From IMG/VR virus record IMGVR_UViG_3300036832_000367, positions 3,025-67,024 of that record: a DNA stretch of 64,000 bases. One strand, given 5' to 3'. Below, in pieces: positions 1 to 9,271 of the stretch; the first letter of the stretch is position 1, and every line of letters begins with the position of its first letter. The position numbers and the translations under genes are program-made. Under the pieces are notes generated by a model that searched no databases, was not told the DNA's origin, and saw nothing but the letters and a program-made list of their open reading frames with translations. Source of the DNA: a virus.

Positions 1-2580
1 GCCGGTGGTGTCAACGGCACGCCGTACAGCGTCCGCTCCGAGTCGGCGGACGGCTCGCAATGGGAGGACGCGCAGGGCAACTATAATTCTGCCACCGGCA
101 CGTTCGCGCGCACCACGGTGCTGTACAATTCCAGCGGCACCGGAACCGGCGCGGGGCAAACCGGCGCGGGCACCAAGATCAATTTCACCACGGTGCCGCA
201 GGTTCAGGTCGTCGCGCTGGCGGAGGATTTGGCGTTTGCGCCGCTGGCATCGCCAACCTTTACCGGAACGCCAACCGCACCAACGGCGGCGGCGAACGAT
301 AATTCAACCAAGATCGCGACGACGGCCTATGTGGTTGGACAGGCCGGGACCGCCAACCCAATCATGAACGGCGCGGTCGCGGTCGGCACCTCGCTGCTCT
401 ATGCGCGGCAAGACCATGTGCATCCAAGCGATACCTCGCGCGCGCCGACCGCCAGCCCGGTCTTCACCGGCACGCTGTCGTCGGCCAACCAGACCATCAC
501 GTCGGCGTCCGCCAACGCCACGACCATCGGCCCGAACGGCCTGACCAACCCGACGCTGAACGTCGATAGCTCGACGGTGTCATCGGCTACTGGTCTCAAC
601 ATCAAGTCGGCGGCGGCAGCGGCGGGCCTCGCGTTGGCAGTGCTGTCGTCAGGTGCCAATGAAAACCTGACGATCAGCGCCAAGGGCACCGGTACCATCA
701 CGCTCGGCAGCGCATCAACGGGCGCTATCGTGCATACGCCGCCGACCACACTCAGCGCGGCGTTGACTTATGGCGGCGTGACGTTGGCAAACGCGGTGAC
801 CGGCACCGGCAACATGGTGCTGTCCGCCAACCCGGTCTTCACCGGCACGCTGTCGTCAGCCAACCAGACTATTACCTCGACTTCAGCCAACGCTAATGCG
901 GTTGGTCCGGCTGGCACGACCAACCCGACCTTCAACGTCGATAGCTCGACGGCATCGGCGGCGACTGGTCTCAACATCAAGTCAGCAGCCGCAGCGGCGG
1001 GCCTCGCGCTATCGGTATTGTCGTCGGGCACTAACGAAAACCTGACAATCAATGCCAAAGGCACCGGCACCATCACGTTCGGCAGCGCGTCAACTGGCGC
1101 GATCATTCACACGCCGCCGACCACCTTGAGCGCCGCGCTGACCTATGGCGGCGTCGCACTCGCCAACTCGGTGACCGGCACCGGCAGCATGGCGTTGTCG
1201 ATCTCGCCGACCTTCACCGGCACCGTGACCGCACCGTTGCTCGCGGGCGGCAGCGCGGTCAGCTCGACGCTGACGTTGCAGAGCACGACCGCCGCTGGCA
1301 CCAGCGACTTGATTTTGCTGAAGACCGGCTCGCAGGTCGAGCGGCTGCGGGTTGATAACCTTGGCCAGTTCACGATCAACAACGCTGGCTCGACCAGCCT
1401 GACCACTGGCATATTCTTAAATATCTACACCACTGACGGCACAAATCATCCGGGCTTCATTGCGGGCTATCAGCAAAGCAATGACGCCGTGCCGGGCTAC
1501 ATCGTGCTGCGCAAATCGCGGGGCACGACGGTCGGCAGTTTCGCCCTTGTGGCGAACAACGACAAGATCGGCGAGTTGGCGTGGGATGCCGACATCGGTA
1601 CGGCCTACCTCAATTGCGCGATTGTGTCTGCCGAGGTGGACGCTGCCCCGGTATCTGGGCAACGCGTCGCTGGCAGGCTGATGTTTAAGACTTCGATCGT
1701 CAACACCGCCGTCACCGAGCGAATGCGGATCGACTCGACGGGCCAGATCATCGCCAATCAGGCGGGTGCTTCTAGCGTTCTTGGCTCTTTCTTCACCGCC
1801 TATAGCGTCGATGGCGTTAACAACCCCGGATTTCTCACCGGCTACCAGCAGAGCGCTGACGCTGCCGGGGGCTACATTCAACTGAACAAGTCGCGCGGCA
1901 CGACTGTTGGCAGCCACGCAGTCTTGCAGAGCAACGACGTCTTGGGAGCCTATGGTTTCGGTGGCGACGACGGCACCAACATTCGGTCGCCCGCATTTAT
2001 TCAAGCCGTCGTTGACGGCTCGCCGACATCTGGTCAGCGCCTGCCAGCGAGGATGAGCTTCTATACCGGAGTAGTAAACACTGCGCCCGCTGAGCGGGTT
2101 CGTATCGACAATGGAGGCGGTGTGTTCGTGATCTCAGTTGGCACAACTGCCAGCGCGGCCAATGCCTTCATCAACAACGCATCCAGCCCCGTCAACCAAT
2201 TGCTGCGTTCAACTTCTTCGTTGAGATACAAGAAGGATGTCGAACCCGTGGCTGACACTTACCGGGATGCCGTGTTGGCGATCAAGCCGATTTGGTATCG
2301 CTCCAAGTGCGCAGCCGACGATCCAACCCTTTCCTTCTATGGCATGGCCGCCGAAGAGGTTGCCGCGATCGATCCTCGCCTCTGCCATTGGGCCTATTGT
2401 GATGAAGACTATGACACGGTCGTCGTCCGCGCGGGCGACAGAGATGAAGGCATAGAACGCATTCTAAAGCCCGGCTCCAAGCTTGTGCCGGACGCGGTCA
2501 TGTACGAGCGTGTTGCGATCTTGCAGATCGCCGCACTCGCCGCGAAGATCAGCGCGCTCGAACAGAGGATGAAATCTTGA
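1..2580 (+). CDS. Tail/head fibre protein with C-terminal intramolecular chaperone (peptidase S74-like); 5'-truncated
   Basis: Frame 1 is open from base 1; SPTFTGTPTAPT fibre motif, ERMRIDSTG repeats, TSSLRYKKDV...G..AEEV chaperone signature and terminal coiled coil. Confidence 0.85.
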   Translation, partial: AGGVNGTPYSVRSESADGSQWEDAQGNYNSATGTFARTTVLYNSSGTGTGAGQTGAGTKINFTTVPQVQVVALAEDLAFAPLASPTFTGTPTAPTAAANDNSTKIATTAYVVGQAGTANPIMNGAVAVGTSLLYARQDHVHPSDTSRAPTASPVFTGTLSSANQTITSASANATTIGPNGLTNPTLNVDSSTVSSATGLNIKSAAAAAGLALAVLSSGANENLTISAKGTGTITLGSASTGAIVHTPPTTLSAALTYGGVTLANAVTGTGNMVLSANPVFTGTLSSANQTITSTSANANAVGPAGTTNPTFNVDSSTASAATGLNIKSAAAAAGLALSVLSSGTNENLTINAKGTGTITFGSASTGAIIHTPPTTLSAALTYGGVALANSVTGTGSMALSISPTFTGTVTAPLLAGGSAVSSTLTLQSTTAAGTSDLILLKTGSQVERLRVDNLGQFTINNAGSTSLTTGIFLNIYTTDGTNHPGFIAGYQQSNDAVPGYIVLRKSRGTTVGSFALVANNDKIGELAWDADIGTAYLNCAIVSAEVDAAPVSGQRVAGRLMFKTSIVNTAVTERMRIDSTGQIIANQAGASSVLGSFFTAYSVDGVNNPGFLTGYQQSADAAGGYIQLNKSRGTTVGSHAVLQSNDVLGAYGFGGDDGTNIRSPAFIQAVVDGSPTSGQRLPARMSFYTGVVNTAPAERVRIDNGGGVFVISVGTTASAANAFINNASSPVNQLLRSTSSLRYKKDVEPVADTYRDAVLAIKPIWYRSKCAADDPTLSFYGMAAEEVAAIDPRLCHWAYCDEDYDTVVVRAGDRDEGIERILKPGSKLVPDAVMYERVAILQIAALAAKISALEQRMKS
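457..1206 (+). repeat. Intragenic tandem duplication, 375-bp period (125 aa)
   Basis: PVFTGTLSSANQTITS...LTYGGV.LAN.VTGTG starts at 457 and again at 832. Confidence 0.85.
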
Positions 2581-2873
2581 AAAGGATTGAACAGAAAAAA
2601 GAGGGCGACTTCTCCACGGCCAAGCTGTTGCAGCAAGTGTGCGAGACATCCATCAACGGCATGAACCTCACTCAGATGCGCAGCCGCATCCGCGTTCTGG
2701 ACGCGGTCGAGGCGGCCGGTGACGGCGACATCATGCTAGAGGACGCCGATTTTAACACGCTGTCAGAGGCCATCAATTCACAGCAGTGGGCGTTGGCGAG
2801 GAAGCAGCTTCTTGTGATCATCGACGGCGTCCTCGAAGCCAAGAACGTGGAGCCCGCCCAGAAGGAAAAATAA
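2577..2873 (+). CDS. Small hypothetical protein coupled to the fibre gene
   Basis: Overlaps the fibre stop; protein-like helical composition. Confidence 0.7.
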   Translation: MKRIEQKKEGDFSTAKLLQQVCETSINGMNLTQMRSRIRVLDAVEAAGDGDIMLEDADFNTLSEAINSQQWALARKQLLVIIDGVLEAKNVEPAQKEK

Positions 2874-2881
2874 GCGTGAGG

Positions 2882-3103
2882 CATGGTCGACCGGCGGTCT
2901 CATTCGGAATTGTGATAGACCGCGCGACCGGCGCAGTTGCGCGCGTCATCAACCCGGATTTTGAACACGAACTAGACGGTCACCATGTCGGGCCGCACCA
3001 GTTCATGATCCGCGCTTCAAAAGCCGAGTGGGGCATCGATAGCGCGCCCAACTCAATGACGCTTGGTCAGCTTAATCATATCGTCAGCGTGCTCGGCACA
3101 TGA
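2882..3103 (+). CDS. Hypothetical protein (start uncertain)
   Basis: Fills the gap; stop overlaps the next ATG (ATGA). Confidence 0.5.
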   Translation, partial: HGRPAVSFGIVIDRATGAVARVINPDFEHELDGHHVGPHQFMIRASKAEWGIDSAPNSMTLGQLNHIVSVLGT

Positions 3104-6100
3104 CGCAAGTTTTTCTCACCAGCGCCGACACTTCTCCGTGGTCTAGGCCAAGTGATTGGACTGACGCGGGCCATACCGTTGAACTGATCAGTGCAGGCGG
3201 CAAGGGTTACGGCAGTGCCAGCACTAGCACTGGCGGCGGTGGTGGTGGTGGCGGGTCATACTACAAGCTAACGTATTCATCTGGTGCTTTGGGAAGCACG
3301 ACGCCGTTTCAAGTCAAGGCTGGCAACGCTCTTACTTCTTACAATGTTTCTGCCTCGACGATTTGGCAGGGCACGACTGCCAGCAATTCTCACGAGGCGA
3401 AGGCTGGCCTCGCCGGGACGGTCAACACTGGTGTTGGCACTGGTGGTGGCGCTGCTGGGACTAACGTCGTTAACGGCACGCCTTCTCCGGTCACCTACAC
3501 TGTCACGACAGACAATCATGGTGGTGCTGGCGGAAACACTAACGCGGCAAGTTCTTGCTCAGGTGGCGGTGGCGGCGGTGCGGGTGGCCCTAACGGCGTC
3601 GGCGGTCCGGGTGGTCTCAGTTCTTCTCTCACTGCAAGCGGTGCTGGCGGCGGTGGCGGTGGCTCTGATGGTGGCTCGGCTGGCGCTTCTGGCGGATCGG
3701 TAGCAGCGCCGGGCGGCGCTGGCGGCAACGGCCAAAGCGGCACAGGTGGCGGCGCTGGCGGCGCGGCAGGATTGCCGGGAACGGCTGGCACTGCCAGCAG
3801 CGGAGCGGGCGGTGGCGGTGGTGGCGGATCGTCCAATGCTGCCGCAAACCAGATCGGTGGCGCTGGTGCGACCGGCAACGTGTTTGACTCGACTCATGGC
3901 TGCGGCGGCGGCGGTGGTGGTGGTGCTTCCAATAACAGTAACACTGCGGGCGCGAACTGTAATGGAGGGGCAGGAGGAAACTACGGCGGCGGCGGCGGCG
4001 GCTCGGGTCGAACGCGCGGCACTCCCAGCACCGGCAGCGGGCCTAGCAATGCCGGTGAAGGCCTCACCGTCATCACCTATACGCCGGGCGGCGGCACGAC
4101 CTATAACGACTCCACGGCGGAGACCGCGAGCGCCGCCGATGCGCTCGACGCGGCTTGGATCGTATCTGACACGGTACCTGAAACCGCGACTGCGACGGAT
4201 ACCGCCTCCGCCGCTGCTGGCCCTATATCTGTCACGGTATCTGAAACCCTGTCGGCGCTGGATGCTGCCGAGCCTACTTGGTTAGATCAATTTCAGAATG
4301 GCGCGCTCGACCTGCTCGCGGTCGGTCAGCGCATCGTTTTTAGCTCGGCCGGTAATACCTACAACAAATCCACCGCCGAAACTGCGACGGCGACGGATGT
4401 GCCTGCGGCGCTCGCGGTGTTCGTTGCCGCTGTCGCCGAGAGCGCGACCGCGACGGACACTGAGGACGCGGCCACGGTTCGCGCGGGGGCTGTCGCGGAG
4501 ACGGCGACTGCAACCGATACCCCGAACGCTGCGACCGTCCGAGTGGGTGCGGTTGCCGATGCGACGACCGCAACCGATACCGAGAACGCGGCGTTCGTTG
4601 GTGTTGCCGCCGTTGCCGAAACGACGACCTCGACCGACACGTCGGCGGCGGCAACGGTTCGCGCTGGTGCGGTTGCCGATGCGACGACCGCAACCGATAC
4701 CGAGAATGCGGCGTTCGTTGGTGTTGCCACCGTTGCTGAAACCGCGACGTCGACGGATACCAACTCTGCCAGCGCAGTCTCTGTCAGTGCCGTCTCTGAA
4801 ACCACGACCGCGACCGACGTCACTAACGCGGCTGCGGTTAGCGTCGGCACCGTCGCTGAGACCGCAAGCGCGACGGACACGACGGACGCGACACTAGGCG
4901 CTGCCACGTATGCCGTTGCTGAGACCGCGACCGTAACCGACGCGACTGCCGCCAGCGGAATCTTCGTCGCAACTGCCGCTGAGACCGCGACGGCGACCGA
5001 CACTACTGACGCGGCGACCATTCGCGTCGGCGCAGTTGCGGAAGCAACGACCGCAACCGACACGCCAAACGCGGCGACCGTCCGGGTTGGTGCCGTCGCC
5101 GAGGCCACGACGGCGGTTGATTCTCAGGCGGCGCTCGCGGCTTTCGTTGCTGCTGTTGCGGAAGCGTCGACCGCAACGGATGTGCAGGGAGCACTTGCCG
5201 CATTCGTTGTCGCAGATAGTGAGACGACCGCTGCGACTGATGCAGCCAGCGCGGCGATCGTCCGGGTTGGCGTGGTTGCCGAGACAACGACGGCGACCGA
5301 CGTCAATAGCGCGCAGTTTGTCTTTGCGGTCAGCACAGCGGAAACCAGCACGGCGGTCGATACGCCTGCCGCGCTCGGAATCTTCGTCGCAGCCACCGCC
5401 GAGCCCGCGACGGCAACTGATGCGCAGGCGGCGCTCGCCGCGTTCGTTGCTGCTGTCGCGGAAGCAGCCAGCGCGACTGATGCGCAGGCAGCGCTCGCTG
5501 CATTCGTTGTCGCGGATAGTGAGATCGCCACCGCGACCGATACGGCGAACTCGATATCCGTTGGTGTTGCTGCCACCGCCGAGACCGCCACCGCGAGCGA
5601 TACCCCGAACGCGGCGACCGTCCGCGTCGGTGCAACAGCGGAAACGGCGAGCGCGACTGATGCGGCGAGCGCAGCGACCGTCCGCGTCGGCAGCGTGGCG
5701 GAGGCGACCACCGCGACGGACACGTTGTCGGCGGCGACCGTTCGCGTCGGTAGCGTTGCGGAAGCGACAACCGCCATCGATACGCCGACCGCGACCGGAA
5801 ACTTTGTGTTCTCCGCGACGGTGGCGGAAACCGCGACCGCCTCCGACAGCACCGACGGCGTGGTCGGCGGCATTTTGGTCTCGATCTCGGAGACGGTCAG
5901 CGTCGTCGATACGGCCGCCGCAACCGGCATCTTTGTTGCTGCCGTCGCAGAAGCGGCGAGCGCGACCGACACCAATAACGGAACGCTCGGCGCGGTTGTC
6001 GCCGAGACCACATCGGCGGTCGACACCAACTCGGCCGCCACGGCGTCGATCCAGACTGTTGCTGAGGCTGCGACGGCGGTTGATACCGCGAACGCAGCAA

Positions 6101-6618
6101 CCATCCGCGTCGGTGCCGTTGCGGAAACGGCAACCGCGACGGACGCAGCCAACTCTGGTGTCAGCGGGCCTATTAGTGCCACCGCCGAAACCGCGACAGC
6201 GACCGATGCCACCAACGCGATCCGGCTGGTTTTCGGTTCGGTCAGCGAGGTCGCGGCGGCCAACGACAATGTTTCGACGCTCGGCCAGTTCGGCTCCACG
6301 GTCACCGAGACGGCGACGGCGAGCGATACGGTTTCCAATGTTGTTTCGCTATTTGTCGCGACATCGGAAACCGCTGCCGCTATCGATGATGCCACAGCGT
6401 TCGTCATCGCCTTCGCGGCCAGCGCGACTGATCCGGATCGTGTTGTTCAGGCCGATGCTGAAAATCGTGGCGTGATCGTCGATGCGGAAAACAGGATAGT
6501 TATCGTCGATCCAGAGGACAGAATCATCATCGTCGACGAGGAAAACCGGTGGGTTGTCGTTGACGCAGAGGATCGTATGATTACCCAAGATGAAATTGAC
6601 TTGAACGTCGCTGCTTGA
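3100..6618 (+). CDS. 1172-aa Gly-rich plus Ala/Thr-repeat virion surface protein
   Basis: N-terminal GGGGGG glycine-rich domain, ~40 imperfect (V)AETATATD repeats, C-terminal VDAENR repeats. Confidence 0.8.
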   Translation: MTQVFLTSADTSPWSRPSDWTDAGHTVELISAGGKGYGSASTSTGGGGGGGGSYYKLTYSSGALGSTTPFQVKAGNALTSYNVSASTIWQGTTASNSHEAKAGLAGTVNTGVGTGGGAAGTNVVNGTPSPVTYTVTTDNHGGAGGNTNAASSCSGGGGGGAGGPNGVGGPGGLSSSLTASGAGGGGGGSDGGSAGASGGSVAAPGGAGGNGQSGTGGGAGGAAGLPGTAGTASSGAGGGGGGGSSNAAANQIGGAGATGNVFDSTHGCGGGGGGGASNNSNTAGANCNGGAGGNYGGGGGGSGRTRGTPSTGSGPSNAGEGLTVITYTPGGGTTYNDSTAETASAADALDAAWIVSDTVPETATATDTASAAAGPISVTVSETLSALDAAEPTWLDQFQNGALDLLAVGQRIVFSSAGNTYNKSTAETATATDVPAALAVFVAAVAESATATDTEDAATVRAGAVAETATATDTPNAATVRVGAVADATTATDTENAAFVGVAAVAETTTSTDTSAAATVRAGAVADATTATDTENAAFVGVATVAETATSTDTNSASAVSVSAVSETTTATDVTNAAAVSVGTVAETASATDTTDATLGAATYAVAETATVTDATAASGIFVATAAETATATDTTDAATIRVGAVAEATTATDTPNAATVRVGAVAEATTAVDSQAALAAFVAAVAEASTATDVQGALAAFVVADSETTAATDAASAAIVRVGVVAETTTATDVNSAQFVFAVSTAETSTAVDTPAALGIFVAATAEPATATDAQAALAAFVAAVAEAASATDAQAALAAFVVADSEIATATDTANSISVGVAATAETATASDTPNAATVRVGATAETASATDAASAATVRVGSVAEATTATDTLSAATVRVGSVAEATTAIDTPTATGNFVFSATVAETATASDSTDGVVGGILVSISETVSVVDTAAATGIFVAAVAEAASATDTNNGTLGAVVAETTSAVDTNSAATASIQTVAEAATAVDTANAATIRVGAVAETATATDAANSGVSGPISATAETATATDATNAIRLVFGSVSEVAAANDNVSTLGQFGSTVTETATASDTVSNVVSLFVATSETAAAIDDATAFVIAFAASATDPDRVVQADAENRGVIVDAENRIVIVDPEDRIIIVDEENRWVVVDAEDRMITQDEIDLNVAA

Positions 6619-6631
6619 GGGAAGAAGGCAA

Positions 6632-6904
6632 ATGTCAAAGAGATGGCCGCCGAAAGACCCTGATGAAGTCTTGGATTATGGGGTTGACTGGAGTCTTCGG
6701 CTGGCCGGGGACGTCATCTCGACATCGGCGTGGACAATTCCCGCCGGTCTCACCAAGCAGACTGACACCAAGACCAACACCAGCACAACGGTGTGGCTCT
6801 CGGGCGGCGTTGATGGACAGAGTTACGACAACCTGAATCACATCGTGACGGCTGGCGGCCGGACGATGGAGCAGACCGTCGAACTGAGGATCAAACAGAA
6901 ATGA
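6632..6904 (+). CDS. Small virion protein (fibre adaptor-like, KDPDEVLDYGVDW motif)
   Basis: KDPxExLDYxxDW motif common in phage structural small proteins; SD upstream. Confidence 0.7.
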   Translation: MSKRWPPKDPDEVLDYGVDWSLRLAGDVISTSAWTIPAGLTKQTDTKTNTSTTVWLSGGVDGQSYDNLNHIVTAGGRTMEQTVELRIKQK

Positions 6905-9039
6905 ACCGGCACGTCGCGGTCAAGGCGCGCGCGCGCGAGGCGCTGCAACGGTTCAATCCTAATCACGACCCGAAGGACGGTCAGTTCAGCAGCGGCGATG
7001 GCGGCGATGGTGGTAAACCCTCAAGCGGCGGCACGTTTTCCAAGGTCAGTGCTAGCGAGTTTGTGACGGCGCGCGATACCAGCAACCGGCCGATGTTTCT
7101 GTCGGCGAACAGCGCGCAGGATTTGAATGATCACGAGACGTTTGTTTCAAAGGACGGCAAGGTCGGCTACGCGCTCGATCAACATGGCGATCTGCAAAAC
7201 CTGTTCAACAATGGCGGTCCAAAGGGCGCGGGCCGGGCCGCATTGATCGATGCCGTGCTGCACGGCGCGCGAACCTTGGATGCGTTCGATCCGTACTTGC
7301 CGAAGATTTATGCCGAGCATGGTTTTGTGGCTACCGGGCGAATGCCGTTCAACGATAAATATGCCCCTGATGGTTGGGACTATGCTAAGTATGGCCGTCC
7401 CGACGTGGTGTTCATGGCGTATCGGGGCGGCGATCCGGCGACACTGAAAGACCGTGTAGGGACATTTGGCAAATATGCAGCGGGCCAAGGCGGACAATCT
7501 TTCGACGATTACGATGCAGCAAAAGCTGCCTCCCGAAGCCATATCGTGGATAAACGGCTTGACGCCGGACGATCGCGACAGCATCGAATACATCTTGGGT
7601 CTGGTGGGGCCGGACGACTTCGCGAAACACTGGACCGAGTACCGCAAGGACTTGGAACACGCAGCCAACCTTTAGCGCGCGCACGCGCGGTCAAGGCAGC
7701 ACATCCCGGTGCGGGCTACTCCGCTTCAGCCAGCGTTGACGATAACGGCGTCATTCACACGTCGAGCGTTTACGACGCGCAACGCGCGCTGTTCGAACAT
7801 CGGCCGGTCGAACTAAATCAAGCCAGCCAAGGCAGCGTGTTGCTGGATAAATTGGGCGAGACCGCGCAAAAAATGATTGATCGGGGCAAGCAAGCCCCGG
7901 CGTTCAATCTATGCAGCGTGACTGTCAAGGGCAGCAACTTGTTCTGTGCCGATACCGAAGGCATTCCTCGCGTCGAGATGCCCGGACTAAGTGATCCACA
8001 GATCAAGGGCCAAGGCTTCGCGGTTACTGAGGGCGACGAATACGCCTCGCATTTGCGTGCCACGCAGAACGAATTGAATGGGGCCAAGGTCGCGGCCATT
8101 GCCGAGAAGATTGCGAACAAGCCAGATTATTATTCGAAGCCTATCGCGGTTTCGAAGGACAACTACATTCTCGACGGGCACCATCACTGGGCCGCTAAGA
8201 TCGGTCTCGATGCCAAGCAAGGCAAACTCACTAACGACACCAAGATTAAAACCGCGCGAGTTGATGTCGGGATAACCAAACTGCTGGCAGTCGTCGGCAA
8301 AAGCAGGCACGCCGCTGTCAAGGCTGAAGCGCTTGCGACGCTACAGAAGTTCAATCCGAACCACGACCCGAAGGACGGGCAATTCACCAGCGGAGACGGT
8401 GGCAGTGGTGATGGTGCCGGGCACCTCACAATTCATGACGATCTGTCGCGTGCCAGCAACGAAACGCAGCCGGTCAAGTCGCTGGACGATCTTTACACCA
8501 AGGCCAAGCAAGGCGAGCAGGACTTTCTCGATCAGGTCCACGCGGCAGCGGACGCGAGCGGCGGCAAGGTGATGCTGACCCCGATGCAATTTTCCGAGCC
8601 GGGCACCACGCTAAAATCCAGAACGTCGGCGGAACGCAAACTGCGCGATGAATTGAACAACGATCCGACGCAGTTGCGCGACGTCATGCGCGCCACCATC
8701 GCCAACGATACAGTCAAGGACAGTCGGAGCGCCGCGCTGGCGTTCATCAAGGCGCACGGCGACGATGTGCTGCGAGTCAAGGATCGTTTCGTCAGCGCCA
8801 AGGACGGCTATCGCGACATCTTGGTCAATTATCGCACCAAGAGCGGCGTCATCGCAGAATTGCAATTCAATACCCACAAACTGATCGCCGCCAAAGAGGG
8901 TGAGGGTCATCGAATCTATGAGCAGAGTCGCAAGCCGGGCGTGCCGACCAGAATGCGAGTCAGTCTAGAGCAACAGGCAAATGCGCTTTATGGCGCGGCC
9001 TATCATGGCAGCGGGAACGGGAACTGGGGAAAGAAGTGA
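6901..9039 (+). CDS. Polyvalent protein: GNAT-like, ParB/Srx-like and RelA/SpoT-type synthetase domains
   Basis: Two FNPNHDPKDGQF motifs; LDAFDPYLPKIYAEHGF; ATQ...ILDGHHHWAA (ParB-like); LKSRTSAERK...DVMRATI...GYRDILVN...ELQFNT (SAS motifs). Confidence 0.75.
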   Translation: MNRHVAVKARAREALQRFNPNHDPKDGQFSSGDGGDGGKPSSGGTFSKVSASEFVTARDTSNRPMFLSANSAQDLNDHETFVSKDGKVGYALDQHGDLQNLFNNGGPKGAGRAALIDAVLHGARTLDAFDPYLPKIYAEHGFVATGRMPFNDKYAPDGWDYAKYGRPDVVFMAYRGGDPATLKDRVGTFGKYAAGQGGQSFDDYDAAKAASRSHIVDKRLDAGRSRQHRIHLGSGGAGRLRETLDRVPQGLGTRSQPLARARAVKAAHPGAGYSASASVDDNGVIHTSSVYDAQRALFEHRPVELNQASQGSVLLDKLGETAQKMIDRGKQAPAFNLCSVTVKGSNLFCADTEGIPRVEMPGLSDPQIKGQGFAVTEGDEYASHLRATQNELNGAKVAAIAEKIANKPDYYSKPIAVSKDNYILDGHHHWAAKIGLDAKQGKLTNDTKIKTARVDVGITKLLAVVGKSRHAAVKAEALATLQKFNPNHDPKDGQFTSGDGGSGDGAGHLTIHDDLSRASNETQPVKSLDDLYTKAKQGEQDFLDQVHAAADASGGKVMLTPMQFSEPGTTLKSRTSAERKLRDELNNDPTQLRDVMRATIANDTVKDSRSAALAFIKAHGDDVLRVKDRFVSAKDGYRDILVNYRTKSGVIAELQFNTHKLIAAKEGEGHRIYEQSRKPGVPTRMRVSLEQQANALYGAAYHGSGNGNWGKK
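7514..7675 (+). CDS. Nested out-of-frame small protein (candidate immunity; alternative start 7475)
   Basis: MQQKLPPEAISWINGLTPDDRDSIEYILGLVGPDDFAKHWTEYRKDLEHAANL looks globular, while the host frame here is an R/G-rich linker. Confidence 0.55.
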   Translation: MQQKLPPEAISWINGLTPDDRDSIEYILGLVGPDDFAKHWTEYRKDLEHAANL

Positions 9040-9254
9040 CACCATTGTTTGCCTATCGTGTGACCACGCCGAACGGTGTGACGTTCTTTGCCGTCATCGA
9101 CGGCAAGGACGGCATCGCTGATGAAGTGCTGTCGACTCGCGACGGGTCTTGGAAACCGGAGCCGTTGCTGACAGCGGCGGACCTGATCCAGCCGGAGCAG
9201 AAATTCAACGAGTGGGATATCGTGAAAATCGATCCATCCAAGTTGCCCAAGTGA
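9036..9254 (+). CDS. Small protein, candidate antitoxin of the SAS domain
   Basis: GTGA overlap with the stop of the SAS-ending gene; 72 aa. Confidence 0.6.
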   Translation: MTPLFAYRVTTPNGVTFFAVIDGKDGIADEVLSTRDGSWKPEPLLTAADLIQPEQKFNEWDIVKIDPSKLPK

Positions 9255-9271
9255 TGAAGGGATAAGCGCCC

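Noticed and set aside
4359-6475. Long alternative-frame and antisense ORFs (4359..5108, 5036..6475, 5124..6407)
   Set aside because: Shadows of the GC-rich repetitive 1172-aa gene.
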